Shown here: positions 24,990 to 40,017 of the stretch, piece after piece | How the letters are laid out: every line of letters starts with the position of its first letter | Numbering within the stretch: position 1 is the first letter of the stretch | NCBI GenBank assembly: GCA_043228905.1 | Contig: JBHGNT010000003.1 | Coordinates: 5,208,001-5,272,000 of the forward strand | Length of the DNA stretch: 64,000 nt | Direction of reading: 5' to 3' | Origin: Azolla caroliniana | Taxonomy: Eukaryota; Plantae; Polypodiophyta | The notes under the pieces: generated by a model | Databases searched by the model: none | Told to the model about the DNA's origin: nothing | What the model saw: only the letters and a program-made list of their open reading frames with translations | Translations under genes and position numbers: made by a program

Positions 24990-25870
24990 TGCATTTTTCA
25001 TTACAATGAAAACCCTAAACCCCTAGTCTTTTCTCTAAGGATGCACATGTGACCGAAACCCTGTTTCCTATAGGTCAAATAATAATGCTTAACTCTATTT
25101 TCAATAGGATTCATGGATACACAGTAGACCACGAGAAACATTCTGGATTTTAGGATTCTTGACTACGTTTTATGTAGGATTCAAGAATCCCTCAACTTTG
25201 CATTACAAAAGTTCAATGCCTAAACCATGTGTGTACTAGAAGATTCAAAACCTTATTTTCTATAAGACTCATGAACATCCCTGATGCATGTTCTTTCACA
25301 ATGAAAACCCTCAAACCATGTTCTTTTTGTGAAAGATGCGTAAATAATCCAAACCCTGTTTCCTATAAGACATACATGAAACTCCTGTTTTCCATAGAAT
25401 TCATGAATACAAATGAGAACATAAATCAAGAAAAAGCATCACAATTAGAGTTGATAGAATTCATGAATAAGGCAAACACTCAACCCGAAATCGTTATATA
25501 GTATTCAAGAGAACTCTAAAGCTGAATTTCTACTAGATTGAAAAATGACAAACAATATTTTTTTGTAGGATTCATGAAAACAGAAAATTCTAAGACATGA
25601 AAAATGATTCAAAACCATATTTTTTACATCAACTGTTATTCAAAACCATATTTTTTGTAGGATTCATATATAATCAACACATTACGAGAACAATAAGAGA
25701 TAAAGTTATGAAGGTACTCTTAATTGTTTTACTTTTCTGTATCACAATGATAAATATACCCATGAGAAATTCACGCAAACCAAAATTGGACGCAGTTTTA
25801 ATACTGAGGATGTTTTACGACAAAACAAACTATAAACCCTTTTCCTTTTTCAATTTAAAGTCATGAATAA
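24990..25870. repeat. Degenerate AT-rich repeat region
   Basis: Recurrent aaaccctgtttcctata and (t)aggattcatgaa motifs; family unknown. Confidence 0.5.
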
Positions 25871-25954
25871 TACTTATAAGGGCATGGAAGCAAAACCAAG
25901 GGAAAAAGGGAAATAACTTACCTAAAGTATCTTCTTATTAGGCAAGCATTCGTT

Positions 25955-26147
25955 GAGACTAATGGCAGTGTTAATCATTCTCTACTAATTCCATATTTGA
26001 ATCCAGTTAATGCCAGAGTCTTCGTGTATAGAGGATCCCTGCACACCTGCCGAGACTAATGGCAGTGTTAATCATTTTCTACTAATTCCATATTTGAATC
26101 CAGTTAATGCCAGAGTCTTCGTGTATAGAGGATCCCTGCACACCTGC
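25955..26147. repeat. Near-perfect tandem duplication, 97-bp period
   Basis: gagactaatggcagtg...gatccctgcacacctgc at 25955 and 26052. Confidence 0.92.
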
Positions 26148-27119
26148 AGTTGGAAGTGTTCTTTAGACTCAAAAACATTGCCATGGCAATATTTAAATAA
26201 AATTTTAAAAAGTAGGAAGAAATTATGACAGAGTTGCCGATGTGCTCGAATGACAATGTTCTAGAAATAAATTGAGAGGAAAAAATCAACATAAAAAAAA
26301 ATTAAGAATAAAAAGGGAGAAACGACACAGATCTTTGAAATATTCAAATAATGTGATTGATCGAATGCTAGCCCTGATAAAAAAATTAGAATGATATGAA
26401 AAAACGTTTGCCCTCTGAAGTGCTTGTTAGATTCAAAGAAACATGGCCATGTCAAAATGATGCAGAAACGACAAAATAAATTCAACAATGGAAATATGTA
26501 TTTATATTTACATGCAACGTTATTATGTCTTCTTATTATTTCAGGAGAGACAAAATAAGTTAATAAACAAATAAAGATTTAAAACTAAAACAAAATCAGG
26601 AAGAAATTGATCAATTTTAAATAGATTTATTTAGCCAAACACAGGAAGAAAGGATATGGTTTTAATGTGACCTTAAAAGAAATTTCAAGACTGATTATGT
26701 CCAGACTCTAACCCCGCAATTCAGATAAAAAGATTTAAAATAAATAAATACAGGAAGAAAATAGAACTGGCCTTCCTGAAGAAGTAGATATGTCAAGTCT
26801 TGAGGCATTAGTACGCTGGTGTGTAGTTTCTTCTATCTCCAGTGTGTTAATAGTAGATTCGTGCAGAAGTTTAAAATCTGTTGAAAAATCATCTTACACA
26901 TGATATCCTTGATAGTCATCAAATTTCCATATAGCATCAGTTCCAAAAGTAATGGTTATCGACTTCATGGGTAGTAAACTACTAGTCTACCTGAACCTCC
27001 AATTTGTACCATTTCTATTCAGGTACTATTTAAGGCTCTTCTTTTATAAAGGAACAAATCATTCTAATTGAGAGGACTAAAACATAGCAACCACCAAGTA
27101 ATCCCAAGTTGTAATAACA

Positions 27120-30100
27120 TGTCTTGTGTCTTGGCAATAATGATAGGCTAAATGCTTTAGGAAAAGGGGATGTAAACCTTTTCTTAGAAGACAATCAACT
27201 TCTCACAGTAGACAACGTTTACTTTGTTCTTGGAATTACAAAAAACCTACTATTACTATGTCAAGCAACCAAAAATGGTACTTCCATAAAGTTTGAAGAA
27301 ACATATGCAAAAATCAAACATAAAACCCCGGATGGACAGAAAACTAAATACATTTGTAAACACCTAGATGGACTCTATCGTATCCCATGCACACCCAAAA
27401 CCATCACATTAGAATCACACTACACGTCATCAAACGAACAATCTAGTCTAACAAATCTGTGGCATTGTCGACTCGCACATACTCATCTACAAGCCATAAA
27501 AAATATGCAACTTCATAACATGGCATTAGACCTTCCAAAAGCCCATCTCACAAACCTGAAAATTTGTGAAGGGTGCATTCATGGAAAAATGCCCCAACAC
27601 ACTTTTCCACTTCGACAAACCACAAGTGGTTGTCCATTACAACTTGTCCACAATGGTCTCTGTGGCCCCTTTCCTAAAAAATCAATTAGCGGATCAATTA
27701 CTTCATAAATTTTATTGATGGCTAAATAAATTCACTGTTATTACCTTCCTAAAAGTTAAAAATCTAGCTCTATTAGGATTTAAGAATTACCTTTCTCTTG
27801 CTAAAAATCTAACTAACCAAAAACTTCAATTCTTAGAAACTGATGGAGGAGGGGAATATCACTCCAAAGACTTCATAAGTTTCTGTAAATCACATGGAAT
27901 CCACCATCGAAGGTCTGTCCCACACACACCCCAACAAAACGGCATTGCAGAAAGAAAAAACAGAAGCCTGTTTAATGTTGCTTGCTGCATGTTACATGTT
28001 GCAAAACTAGAATCGAAATTCTGGGAAGAAGCCATTGCGACATCACGCTACATTCAAAATCTAATCTACAACAACTCCCTAGGCTTCCTTGCTCCATTTG
28101 AAATCTGGTATGGACATAAATCTCATCTCCAAATCTTGAGAATATTTAGTTGTCCTGCATTTGCTCACATATCAGATACAAAAAGAAAGAAACCCTAAAC
28201 CGATCTCGAAGAACCACCCAACGTTGAAGAAGCACTCCAAAGCCCTAATGCAGATAATTGGATCAATGCAATAAAAAATGAAATGCATTCCCTTACCAAA
28301 AATAAAACATGGAACCTTGTGAGAAAACCCACCGACCGTAAAATTATAACCTACAAGTGGGTACTCTGAATAAAGCATGATCCCTAAGGACAACTTATGC
28401 GTTTCAAAGCTAAAATAGCTGCTAGAGGATTCCTACCACACTTATGTTGTCTACTGAAGATAGACCAAAATCACCCATAGAAGAAACCGAAATGAAAAAC
28501 ATTCCCTATAGACAAGTAATAGGCTCCATACGATATCTAGTTAGTAGCACAAGACCAGATCTGTGTGCTAGTATTGGACTACTATCACGCTTTATGACAA
28601 ACCCTGGCCCTCAACATTGGCAAGCACTTATTCTTCGATATCTTAAACATACTAAACAGTTATGTCTTACTTTTCAATCCATGCATTCAGAATTGATCCA
28701 ACCAAAACTGTGTCATGGGCAAACCCCTCAACTGCTCTTCATGGATGGAATGATTCTGACTGGGGTGGAGATGTGGATGACCGAAAATCCACAAGTGGCT
28801 ACGTTAACACTTTTGCCGTAGGTGCGATTGCATGGAGATCGAAGAAACAAGCTATGATTTCACTATCGTCAACGGAAGCAGAATATGTTGCTGCCACTCT
28901 AACTGCAAAAGAAGGAATCTAGTTAAAAGCTATATAGGAGGAAATTAATTTTGCTGAAGGAAAGGAATAGAAATCTATTGCGATAATCAGTCTTATATAA
29001 AACTAGCAAGCAACCCAAGAATTAGCGACAACATACGTCACATCTCAATGAAGCACCACTTCCTAAGAGACATGATTGAAGAAAAGAAGATCAACATAAA
29101 GTTTACACCTACAACTCTTATTTGGGCAGATTTCTTAACAAAGGCAGTAGCAAGTCACAAGCACTTGGAATGTTGCAAAAATATCGGATTGTTTAATCAC
29201 ACAAAAACTAAAGATAAAAACTTAGAATTTTGATCATTTTCCTTAGGGGGGAGTGTTAGAAAATATAAGGAAAATAAAAAAAATTAAATAAATTGACAGG
29301 AATGCACACTCCCTTTCCACACCACTCGGCCACAATCAAGTCTAAAATCGAAACACAGAAAAACGGATAATGAATGCACGTCACAATGGAGAAAAGAGAA
29401 CACAGGATGTTAACGTGGAAAAACCCAAACTAGGGAAAAAACCACGGCAGCCCACAGACTGCAAACTATCACTATGTCAGAATGTATAAAATGGTAAAGC
29501 ACTGAAGCAACGACCTCGAGCTTTCTATCTTCGCCACAGGCGGCAGTTACAACAGAGGCAACGACCTCTTCGAGTCTTTCTCTCCCTCTCTCTCTCTGTA
29601 CACTGTTGCGCGCTCTAATCTTACGCCAACAAGAATGACAACAACTACAAGTGTTTGACCTAAGTCATATTTATACTAATATGACTTTTCAGCTATTTAC
29701 AAATATAGCCCCGATGGACTCTCAGAAACATATTTACAAATATGTCCCTTCATCCGGTGAGCACTTCTCACCAAGCCTTCACCATCCGGCTCTTGCCGGG
29801 TACTCCTCATCCAGTTCTCACCGGGTCCTCCGTAGCGAGGTACTCCTCATCTGGCGCTTGCCGGGTACACCACATTCGGTTCTCATCGGGTCTTCACTAT
29901 CCGGCTCTTGCTGGGTACTCGTCATCCGGTTCTCACCGGGTCTTCCGTTGCCGGGTACTTGTCATCCGATTCTCACTGGGTTTTCCGTAGCCGGGTCTTC
30001 CACATCCAGTTTCGGCCTCGACCGAGTTTGCTCATCAGTACTGTTCTTCTCACTTCCCATCCGGAGGGACATGTTTCCTAACATAAATAAATAAAGAGTT

Positions 30101-30436
30101 AAATGACTCTTGTATGAAAAGCCATATGAACAGTTACATCTGTTGTAAACAAAAGGACACATTTGTCCTATAAGAATAACATTACACGCCTCTTTACAAT
30201 TTAGTAGAGAACAACCATAATAATTCTAAATTAATAAAATTCATCTTTCTTCTCTCTCTCTCTCTCTCTTTGGTAAAAGCACACAATTATATTAATTGTA
30301 TGTAAAATCCACTTATTTACACCACTTCGTAGTCTCCTCTACCTATCATATGCCTATTTAGAGAGAGGGACATTCTGTAATGCTATTAAAAAACTTGAAT
30401 AAGCATTTGAGGAAATGATCCCCACATGCTCTAACA
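27120..30436 (+). mobile_element. 5'-truncated, internally deleted Ty1/copia element with 3' LTR (29254-30436, interrupted by a solo LTR)
   Basis: LWHCRLAH, CEGCIHGK, TDGGGEY, PQQNGIAERKN, PYRQVIGSIRYL, DSDWGGD..DRKSTSGY, SSTEAEY; deletions at ~28200 and ~28440; PPT aggggggag ending 29253; LTR termini tgttaga...tctaaca. Confidence 0.85.
29294..30083 (-). mobile_element. Solo LTR of the 19454/34651 copia family
   Basis: tgacagg...cctaaca, colinear with 24187-24983; perfect TSD TAAAT/TAAAT. Confidence 0.93.
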
Positions 30437-33400
30437 TCAAAAAATGAGAATACCTTTCAACTTCTTTATATAGGCTTTCACCCCATGTCTATTATTAAAC
30501 ATGAAAGCATTACTCATATTCCAATTGTGTTGTAGACCCCAATAACGTAAAAATTGGAACAATATCTCCATCTCATCATTTGATCCATTTTGAACATATT
30601 GAGAAAAAATCCATTGTTGAGGTCTCAAACAACAACAGGTTAAAACTTACCAAATGTTAGATAAGTACTTCCAAATGGTACATGCTATAGGACATTTGAT
30701 GAACCTATGTGTACTATCCTCGAATGGAATGATGCAAAAGAAACAAGTGCCAGACCCTAGTCCTCGTCTCTTTAAAGCTGAACCTAATGGGAGCCCACCA
30801 ATCATGACTCTCCATATGAATACCTTTGCACGAAATGGTAGATGGGAATGCCAACCACATTGTAATATTTTCCACCACCTTACATCTGACTTACATACAT
30901 TCCACAACTTCGTTGCTTTAGGAGATAACCAAGATAATGATGCCATTGCATGATGATACAATATATTTGTAGTGACCTGTAACAAGCGTGTACCATCTTG
31001 TAGCTGCCAATCTACCCAAGGTGCAAAATTTGTTTTCAATGGTAAAGATCCTTGCAACAATGGTATATCTTGTAATTTCTCCCAAATAAATCCATAATTT
31101 GGGGGAACACATAACCATCGCTTGGCATCTTCAAAATCCGACAACCTTTGAGATTCATTATCAACCACATCTTCCAAATGTACAATCCCCAATCGAAATA
31201 AATTATTGAATTGAGATCTCAACTTCTCTTTCCCATGTCAAAACAAAACTCGAGAAGAAACAAGCAATTCATTTTGTAATGAATTACAATATTCTCGATT
31301 ACTTGATGGTCCCCATTCAAAAAGAGATAATGCATCTTGCCATGATCTTACCAAATGTTGTCCACATATAGAATGTCGAATCTTCAGAGGAATACTTCCA
31401 TTGAGTAGTGACCACCATGATGCTTGAATCTTTGTTTTCCCATGCACCAATCCTTCATGCTCAATAAAATATTGCATGATAGATATCCATGGTTGATCTT
31501 GTTGACATATATCTTGTAATAATGCAAATCTATGAGCCATCAAATGCTTTTCCAAATCCAATATTGCTGCACCATCTAACCTTTTCGGAGTAGCCAAATG
31601 GTCCCATGAAATCCATGTAACTCCCATCATTTCTCCCTTTCGCCACAACATGAACCGAATAGGTTGTAACATGTTTTGTAATGGCTTCTTAGATCAAGGA
31701 AGTAAAGGCAAAAAATATAATAACATGGGTATCAAGATACATTGCACCACTTTGAGTCATACATGAAGGGGCCATAATTGAGACTTCCAATACATAAATT
31801 TGTCCTTCAATTTACTACCAATCCAATCAATTAATTGAACATTTGTAACATCAATACCCAATGGATAACCCAAATGTTGATAAATTGTTCCTCGTGTAAT
31901 AACTGACCCTCGCCATCCCAAACATTCAAAATCACTCTTCGTAGAAGAAATAAGGCGAGACTTCCTCCAATTTATATACAACCCTGAAGACAAAGCAAAT
32001 TGATCCCAAACTTGCATACTCTTTTTAAGATTTTCTTTTGAGGCTTGTAAAAACATAAAAGAATTGTTAGCCAATGCTTGTGCCACCAATTGTCCACCAG
32101 AAGGAAGATGCAAACCCACAATATCACCACTAGTCGCAAGATTTGACAACATTACTAACAAAGAATGTGTAACAATAGCAAATAACAATGGGCTTAGTGG
32201 ACATCCTTGCCGCACGGATCTAGTAAGAAACACTTTCGGAGTGACTCCTCCAGTAAGCATCAAACACGAGGTTGCATTTTGCCCTAGCAAAAAGATAAGT
32301 CGACACATACGAGGACCAAATCCCATATTATACATCACACCTAAGAGGAAAGACCAATTAACATGATCATATGCTTTTTCCAAATCTAATTGCACCATAA
32401 CCATTTCTTGATGCGAATGTTGAGCATAATCGGTAGCTATTTGAACATTCAAAACATTATGCAATATATTTCTACCTATAATAAAACCATATTGAAATGG
32501 ATGAATAAGTTGAGGCAAAAATTTCTTAAGTTTGTTGGATAATATCTTTGCAAACACTTTGTACAACCCTCCCATCAATGAAATAGGCCTCCATTGATGA
32601 AATGACTCCGGAGATAGTACCTTTGGTATCAATTTAATTAAACCCACCTTCCAGCTCTCAAGCATGAAACCAGAATACCAACATTGTTGAAACATTTGTG
32701 TGAATGGACTCTTAAGCATGCTAGCATACTTCTTAAAAACTTCATTTGTAACACCATCCCAGCCAGGGCTTTTACCATTTGGAAGGTGTAACAATACCTT
32801 TTCAACCTCAGCTTCTTCAAAATCGGCATCCAATTGTTGACAAATATTTGTATTCATGACACTCCCAATTACATTATAAAACTCTTGTCGTGCTTTCAAG
32901 ACATCGTCATTTATAATCATCTCTGGCCCAATCAAATTCTTAAAATGAGTAATACATAACTCAATAACCTTGACTAGGTCTACAACAATGTCATCCCCTA
33001 TCTTAATTTGTACCACATTTGAACGAGCATATGGTGGTCTTAATCCTTGACAAAACATATGAGATTGTGATTGATTATCTATAAATCCCTCCTTTAATTG
33101 GCGTAGTCTTATTTGTTGATAATTTTGACAAGACAAATTCTTCACAATCTCTTGTACTTGAACTTGAACATCCAAAAGCTCTTCATCATGAGGATTATTC
33201 ATCAATAGTACATTGCATCGCGTAAGAATATATGAAAACTTATCAATCAATTTATTATGCCTTTTAGCATTAGTCATACCATACATACAATGAATATCAT
33301 TGATGTTTTGTAGTGTTGTATCCCATGCATGCCATCCTTTTGTAATAACTTGTTCTGAAAACATGCTAAAAATTTGTTGCATATAGGCCTGAAATAAGGA

Positions 33401-34179
33401 ATGTAATAATAAAGAAGAATTAAACCTCAAAGGAACTCGATGAAGCAATGTTTTATACATGTGTACCCCATGTTTATTAAACGCAAAACATATGGGAAAA
33501 TGATCCGATGTCGCAACCTCTTGCATAATTGACATATGAAGCATCTCTGGCAAAAAGGACTCATCATACATAACATACATTCTATCTAACCTACTCCATG
33601 TTTCCTTATATTGCATAGACTGAAATGTAAACCCAACCTCATCTTGATGCAACCAATTCCATACATCCAACTTCAAAACCTCTGATGCCAATTTGTCCCA
33701 AACGGCTTGCTCAGGAGAATCCATTAATGAGAATCGTGAAGTAGATTGTGACGCATCAACACACATATTAAAATCACCCATTAACAAACCAACACGGCCC
33801 AATGATAGTCGTGAATACATTGAAGACCATACTCAATGTGTTGATTAGCATTATTGGGTGTATAGATTCCTACTAACCATATCAAATTCTCAAAATACTT
33901 GACCTCCATCACCAAAAAACGTCCATATGGATCATTATAGACTATATGTGGACAAAACGAATCACAAATAATCCTGACAACCCCTGAGTAATGATGTGAT
34001 AATTGTCCTGCATAATATGCGGAATATCCACGCAAATGTAACACTGATCCTGCTACATCATGACACTTATGTTCAACTGCACATAAAACACCCCATTCTT
34101 TATCAAATAAAGTTTTCCATAATATATATTTCTTATGAGGAGAAGATTCCCCTCTCACATTCCATGATACCACTTTCAT
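30437..34179 (-). pseudogene. LINE ORF2 (APE endonuclease - RT - zf-RVT), frameshifted
   Basis: ORF pieces 33781-34179, 31757-33820, 31238-31672, 30647-31222; the catalytic YADD has decayed to LANN. Confidence 0.88.
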
Positions 34180-35439
34180 TTAACACCTTTGGTAAGAACT
34201 TGCTCTTTATGAGCAAGTGTATTCATGAATGTACTAATTACTTGTTCAAGCATTGCATAAGGATTCGTGTGTACTACATCCCCCCACCAATATTAGGGTT
34301 TTGTTGTCTCACTCCACGAGAACGAAGCCCTTGATTTAATTGAGGTCGCACTACCCTTCCGGAAGAATCGAATTGTAATTGATTGGACAATCTCTGATTT
34401 CTCACTTGTTTTTGTCAATGATTTTTCATAAACCCCTCCTTCAATCTCAAATTATCTTTCGGTAATGCCTTACCATTAGTATTTTTTATGTCCCTTTGTA
34501 TGACAACACCTTTCCCTTTTATCTTATGCTTCACTTGATGCCACTCTCCATCTTCAACATTTGGGCCATCATTAATACATACTCCATTCTCCTCTCCAAA
34601 ACCTCTAACATGACCATGAACTTTAGGATCTCGCTCTAACCCACGAGATGTGTTGGGAGATAGGTCCCTTCAGATGGGAAGGGAGAAGAGCAGAGCCAGA
34701 TGGTGCAGACCCGGTGAAGACCGGATGAGGAGTACCCGGCTACGGAGAGCCGGATGGTGCAGACCCGGTGAAGATCGGATGAGGAGTGCCCGGCTACGGA
34801 GAGCCGGATGGTGCAGACCCGGTGAAGACCAGATGAGGAGTGAGGAGTGCCCGGCTACGGAGAGCCGGATGGTGCAGACCCGGTGAAGACCGGATGAGGA
34901 GTACCTGGCTACAGAGAGCCGGATGGTGCAGACCCAGTGAGGAATGCTCACCGGATGAAGAGACATATTCGTAAATATGTTTCTAAGAGTCCATCGGGGC
35001 TATATTTGTAAATAGCCGAAAAGTCATATTAGTATAAATATGACTTAGGGAAAACTTCTAGTAACTGTTGTTGTCATTCTTGTTGGTGCAAGGAGTGAGA
35101 GAGCGTGTAACTGTGTACAGAGAGAGAGAGAGAGAAAGAGGTCGTCGCCTCTGTTGTAACCGCTGCTTGTGGCGAAGATCGTGAGCACGAGGTCGTTGCC
35201 TCTATGAACTCACTGTTGTACATTCTAACATAGTGATAGTTTGCAGCCTGTGGGCTGCCGTGGTTTTTTACCCTAGTTTGGGGTTTTCCACGTAAACATC
35301 CCGCGTACTCTTCTCTTCTTCGTGTCGTGTTTTCTTTCCCGCTTTCTATGTATGATCCTACGCTCGGTTGTGGCCGAGCGTTGTGCAAAAGGAGCCTTGA
35401 GTTCTCGTCAAGTGGTATCAGAGCATAACAACACAAAAA

Positions 35440-38400
35440 ATGGACGAATCGTTTGGTGGCATGTTCAAGCTCACCAGCTCCAACTATTCGGTGTGGAAGT
35501 CGAAGATGAGGGACATGCTCGTGGTTAAAGACCTCTGGCTGCCGGTTCAGTTTGGGGACAAGAGACCGGACAAAATCGACGCCGCGATATGGGAGGTGAT
35601 GCACATGAAGACAACGACGTACATACGGTGCTTCATCGACATGAGCCTGTACAACAACTTCAATAAAGAGAGCAAGGCTCATGAGCTCTGGGAGAAGATC
35701 GGCATAATGTTTCAAAACAAAAATGCTGTTAATCAGGTTTCGGTATTCCGGAAGCTAGTAAGACTCCGGTACCAAGACGGCTCCAACATGGCGGAGCACA
35801 TGAATGCCTTCCAGGGGTTGATACACCAGGCAACATCATTGGAGGTACCTCTCGCCGATGAGGTACTAGCACTACTCCTGCTCGATTCCCTCCCAGATAG
35901 CTGGGAGACGTTGGTTGTCACCTTGGGCAACGCTGGGCCGGAAGGGAAACAGTTATCCCTAGCAAGAGTAAAGTCGAGCTTGCTAGATGAGGAGGCACGT
36001 CGGAAAGATAAAGATACGAGCTCCGACTCCAAAGCGCTCCTTACCGAATCGGAACGCGGAAGACATAGAAACCGTAGTCCCCAGAACCGGGAGAAGTCGG
36101 GGACACGGTCAAAGTCAAGGGGAAGGCCTACTTGCTTCTATTGTGGCAAGCCGGGACACTTCCAAAAGAACTGTTGGCATTTCCGAAAAGACAAGGAAAC
36201 CGACGGTACCGATTCGAAGCGGACCCCGGACCGGAATGGTAAAGATCGGAGGGGGCCAGACTGGAAGGGAACGACGGCAATCGCGGCAAGTGAAGAAGAG
36301 TTGATGCTCATCACCGAGGAGAGTGAGATAAACCTTGCCGGCGACGAGATGACCTGGGTGGTAGACTCCGGAGCGTTGTTCCACCTTACCCTGGACCGGA
36401 AATGCTTCTCATTCTACGTAGCCGCTGATCACGGCTGTGTCCGAATGGGGAATGAAGGTACATGCCGAATTGTCGGCATAGGAGACGTGTGGCTGACAAC
36501 ACCAACCGGATGCAAGCTGCTGCTGAAGGATGTCCGACACGTTCTGGAGGTTCGTTTGAACCTGATATCAGACGGTTGGCTAGATGATGAAGGCTACACG
36601 GGTAACATCTGAAACGGTGTCATGAAGTTCAGCAAAGGGAGCCTGATTGTGGCTCGGGCCCAGAAGGTCAACACATTGTACCTGATGAATGCCCGGTTAT
36701 GTCCGGAATAAGTGAACGTGGCATCCGACACTGCCGGTGAGCTGTGGCACAAGAGGCTGTGTCATATGAGCGAGAAGGGGATGAAGAGGCTTGCAAACGA
36801 CAACCTCATTCCAGTGAAGAACGTGCAGTTGGAGAAGTGCACTGATTGTCTGGCCGGTAAGCAAAACTGGACCTCCTTCCGACCAAGGCCACCGATGAGA
36901 CGTAATGCACCACTAGAGTTGGTACATACGGATGTGTGTCAAGTAGACACGAAGTCACATGCCGGACCGCAGTACTTCGTGACATTCATAGATGACCATA
37001 GCCGGAAGCTGTGGGCCACACCATTGAAGACGAAGGATCAGGTGCTATCCGTCTTCAAAGAGCTCCACGCAAGAGTGGAAAGAGAAACCGACCGGAAGCT
37101 GAAGGCGGTTCGAGCAGATAACGGAGGAGAATACCGGGGGCAGTTCGAGGAGTACTGCCGCTCGAAGGGAATCCGGCTCGAATTTACCGTGCCGAAGATG
37201 CCGGAACTAAACGGACTGGCTGAGAGGATGAACCGGACCATAATGGAGAGGGTCCGGAGTATGCTAGCGCATGCAAAACTACCCAAGAAGTTTTGGGCTG
37301 AGGCATTGTCGATGACGACATATGTGATAAATAGATTACCCTCAGTACCCTTGGACGGAGACACGCCACAAAGAGTATGGACCGGTAAGGAAGTATCCTA
37401 CCGGCATCTGAAGGTATTCGGGTGTCTCGCGTACGTGCATGTAGCTAAGGACCAGAGTGGAAAGTTAGATCCAAAGACCTGGCCATGCATATTCCTCGGT
37501 TACGGTGACGATGAGTTTGGCTACCGAGTGTGGGACCTGGTCGACAAGAAGGTATTTCGGAGTCGAGATATTATCTTCATGGAGGCCAAGACGCTTGCCG
37601 ACTGGGAGTCGGAAAAGAAGATAATGAACTCCGAGTCGACTGGTAAGGATCGATTCTACGAAGAGCAAACCCAACCAACGAGAGACCGATTAGCACTCGA
37701 AGAACCAGCTGGATACGGTGAGGATACCGAACAAGCTGAAGAAGAAGTAGAGGAAGCCGAATCCGAAACCGGCCAAGACCCTGAATCGGATTCGGATGAA
37801 GAGCAAATGGAGGAGCCGATTACCGAAGCCCGAAGACGGAGATATCCTCTTAGAGAGAGAAGGCCCCCCCGGAGATTTCCGGATGTAGAGCATGTGCTGC
37901 TAACCGATGAAGGGGAGCCAGAAAGCTTCGAAGAAGCAAAGGATGACACCCACAGCCACAAATGGTTAAGTGCTATGCAGGATGAGATGGATTCCCTGCA
38001 TGAGAACCATACATACGAATTGGTGGAGTTGCCGAAAGGAAAGTGGGCCCTCCAAAACAAGTGGGTGTACAAGTTGAAACCGAGAGATGCCGGCAACCCC
38101 CCAAGATACAAAGCCATGATCATGGTGAAGGGGTTCCAGCAGAAGAAGGGCATGGACTTCAACGAGATATTTGCCCCGGTTGTAAAGATGACCTCCATCC
38201 GGACGGTGCTGAGTATAACGGCAAGCATGGACCTCGAGGTAGAGCAGCTGGACGTGAAGACGACATTCCTTCACGGCGACCTCGAAGAGGAGATCTACAT
38301 GCAGCAACCGGAAGGATTCGTGGAGAAAGGGAATGAGCACCTTGTATGCCGGCTGAAGAAGAGCCTGTATCGACTAAAGCAGGCTCCCCGTCAATGGTAC

Positions 38401-39370
38401 CGGAAGTTTGACTCCTTCATGGTCAATCAAGGGTACCACAAGACGTAGGCCGATCACTGCGTGTTTTTGAAGAAGTTTGAAGGAGGCGACTTCTTGATAC
38501 TCCTGTACATGGATGACATGTTGATCGTCGAACGGGACCAAGTCAAAATACGGATGCTGAAGAAGGCCCTCAACCGGACCTTCTCAATGAAAGACTTGGG
38601 TCCGGCAAGACAGATGCTGGGGATGCATATTATCCGGAACCGGTCAGTGAAGCAATTATGGTTGTCATAGGAAAAGTACGTGAAAAAGGTGCTTCATCGG
38701 TTCAACATGTCAGATGCGAAACCGGTCGGATCGACACTTCTGGCAAACTACAGGCTATCCGGTAAGGAAAGGCCGAAGACGAAAGCAGAGAAGGCGGATA
38801 TGATGAAGATTCCATATGCCTCTGTTGTTGGGAGCTTGATGTACGCAATGGTGTGTACCCGACCGGATATAGGATACGCAGTTGGAGTGGTGAGCCGGTT
38901 TATGAGCAATCCCGACAAGGAGCACTGGAACTCGGTCAAATGGATACTTCGGTATTTGAAGGGCACTTCAAATATGTGTCTCCGATTCGGCTCCGGAAAA
39001 CCTCAACTTGACGGTTTCACCGATTCAGACATGTCGGTTGCAGAAGACGGTTGCATTGTCAACCACGGAGGCAGAGTACATGGCAGCTGTGGAAGCCGGC
39101 AAGAAAATCTTATGGATGAAGAACTTCATCGGAGAGCTCGGTATCCGACAAGATGAATACCGGCTCTATTGCGACATTCAAAGTGCCATCCATCTTGCTA
39201 AGAATGCGGCCTACCATTCCTGGACGAAGCATATCCAGCGAAGATATCACTAGATCCGGGAAAGAGTAGATGACCAGGAGTTCTCACTGACGAAGGTACA
39301 CACGGCTGAGAACGAGCTGGATGCATGCCGGAAGAGGATCAGACTAGTAATACACCCCATGCCGGAGTGA
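35440..39370 (+). pseudogene. Copia gag-pol polyprotein with in-frame stops and small deletions
   Basis: ORFs 35440-36612 (gag, CFYCGKPGHFQKNC, WVVDSGA), 36712-38448 (INT and RT N-terminus), 38461-39253 (RT/RH). Confidence 0.93.
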
Positions 39371-39983
39371 AGGGGGAGTTTGTTGGGAGACAGGTCCCTC
39401 CGGATGGGAAGGGAGAAGAGCAGAGCCGGATGTTGCAGACCCGGTGAAGACCGGATGAGGAGTACCCGGCTACGGAGAGCCGGATGGTGCAGACCCGGTG
39501 AAGATCGGATGAGGAGTACCCGGCTACGGAGAGCCGGATGGTGCAAACCTAGTGAAGACCGGATGAGGAGTGCCCGACTACGGAGAGCCGGATGGTGCAG
39601 ACCTGGTGAAGACCGGATGAGGAATACCCGGCTACGGAGAGACGGATGGTGCAGACCCGGTGAGGAATTCCTACCGGATGAAGAGACATATTCGTAAATA
39701 TGTTTCTGAGAGTCCATCGAGGCTATATTTGTAAATAGGCGAAAAGTCATATTAGTATAAATATGACTTAGGGAAAACTTCTAGTAACTGTTGTTGTCAT
39801 TCTTGTTGGTGCAAGGAGTGAGAGAGCGCGTAATTGTGTACAGAGAGAGAGAGAGAGAGAAAGAGGTCGTCGCCTCTGTTGTAACCGCTGCTTGTGGCGA
39901 AGATCGTGAGCATGAGGTCGTTGCCTCTGTGAACTCACTGTTGTACATTCTAACATAGTGATAGTTTGCAGCCTGTGGGCTGC

Positions 39984-40017
39984 CGTGGTTTTTTACCCTA
40001 GTTTGGGGTTTTCCACG
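39984..40017 (+). other. ENE-like RNA element (U-rich internal loop between two helices) in a copia LTR
   Basis: CGUGG-UUUUUUA-CCC-loop-GGG-UUUU-CCACG; equivalents at 2709-2739, 19574-19604, 24307-24337, 29414-29446, 35259-35292, 51063-51092 and 52438-52469. Confidence 0.7.

Noticed and set aside
26150-27100. Very AT-rich stretch as a possible organellar or foreign insert
   Set aside because: No recognisable organellar gene, RNA or ORF.
34691-34940. Regular 54-bp repeats resembling a CRISPR array or repeat-protein ORFs (also 24635-25026, 39250-39750)
   Set aside because: Head-to-tail units with no unique spacers, no cas genes, inside LTR U3; the ORFs arise because 54 is a multiple of 3.
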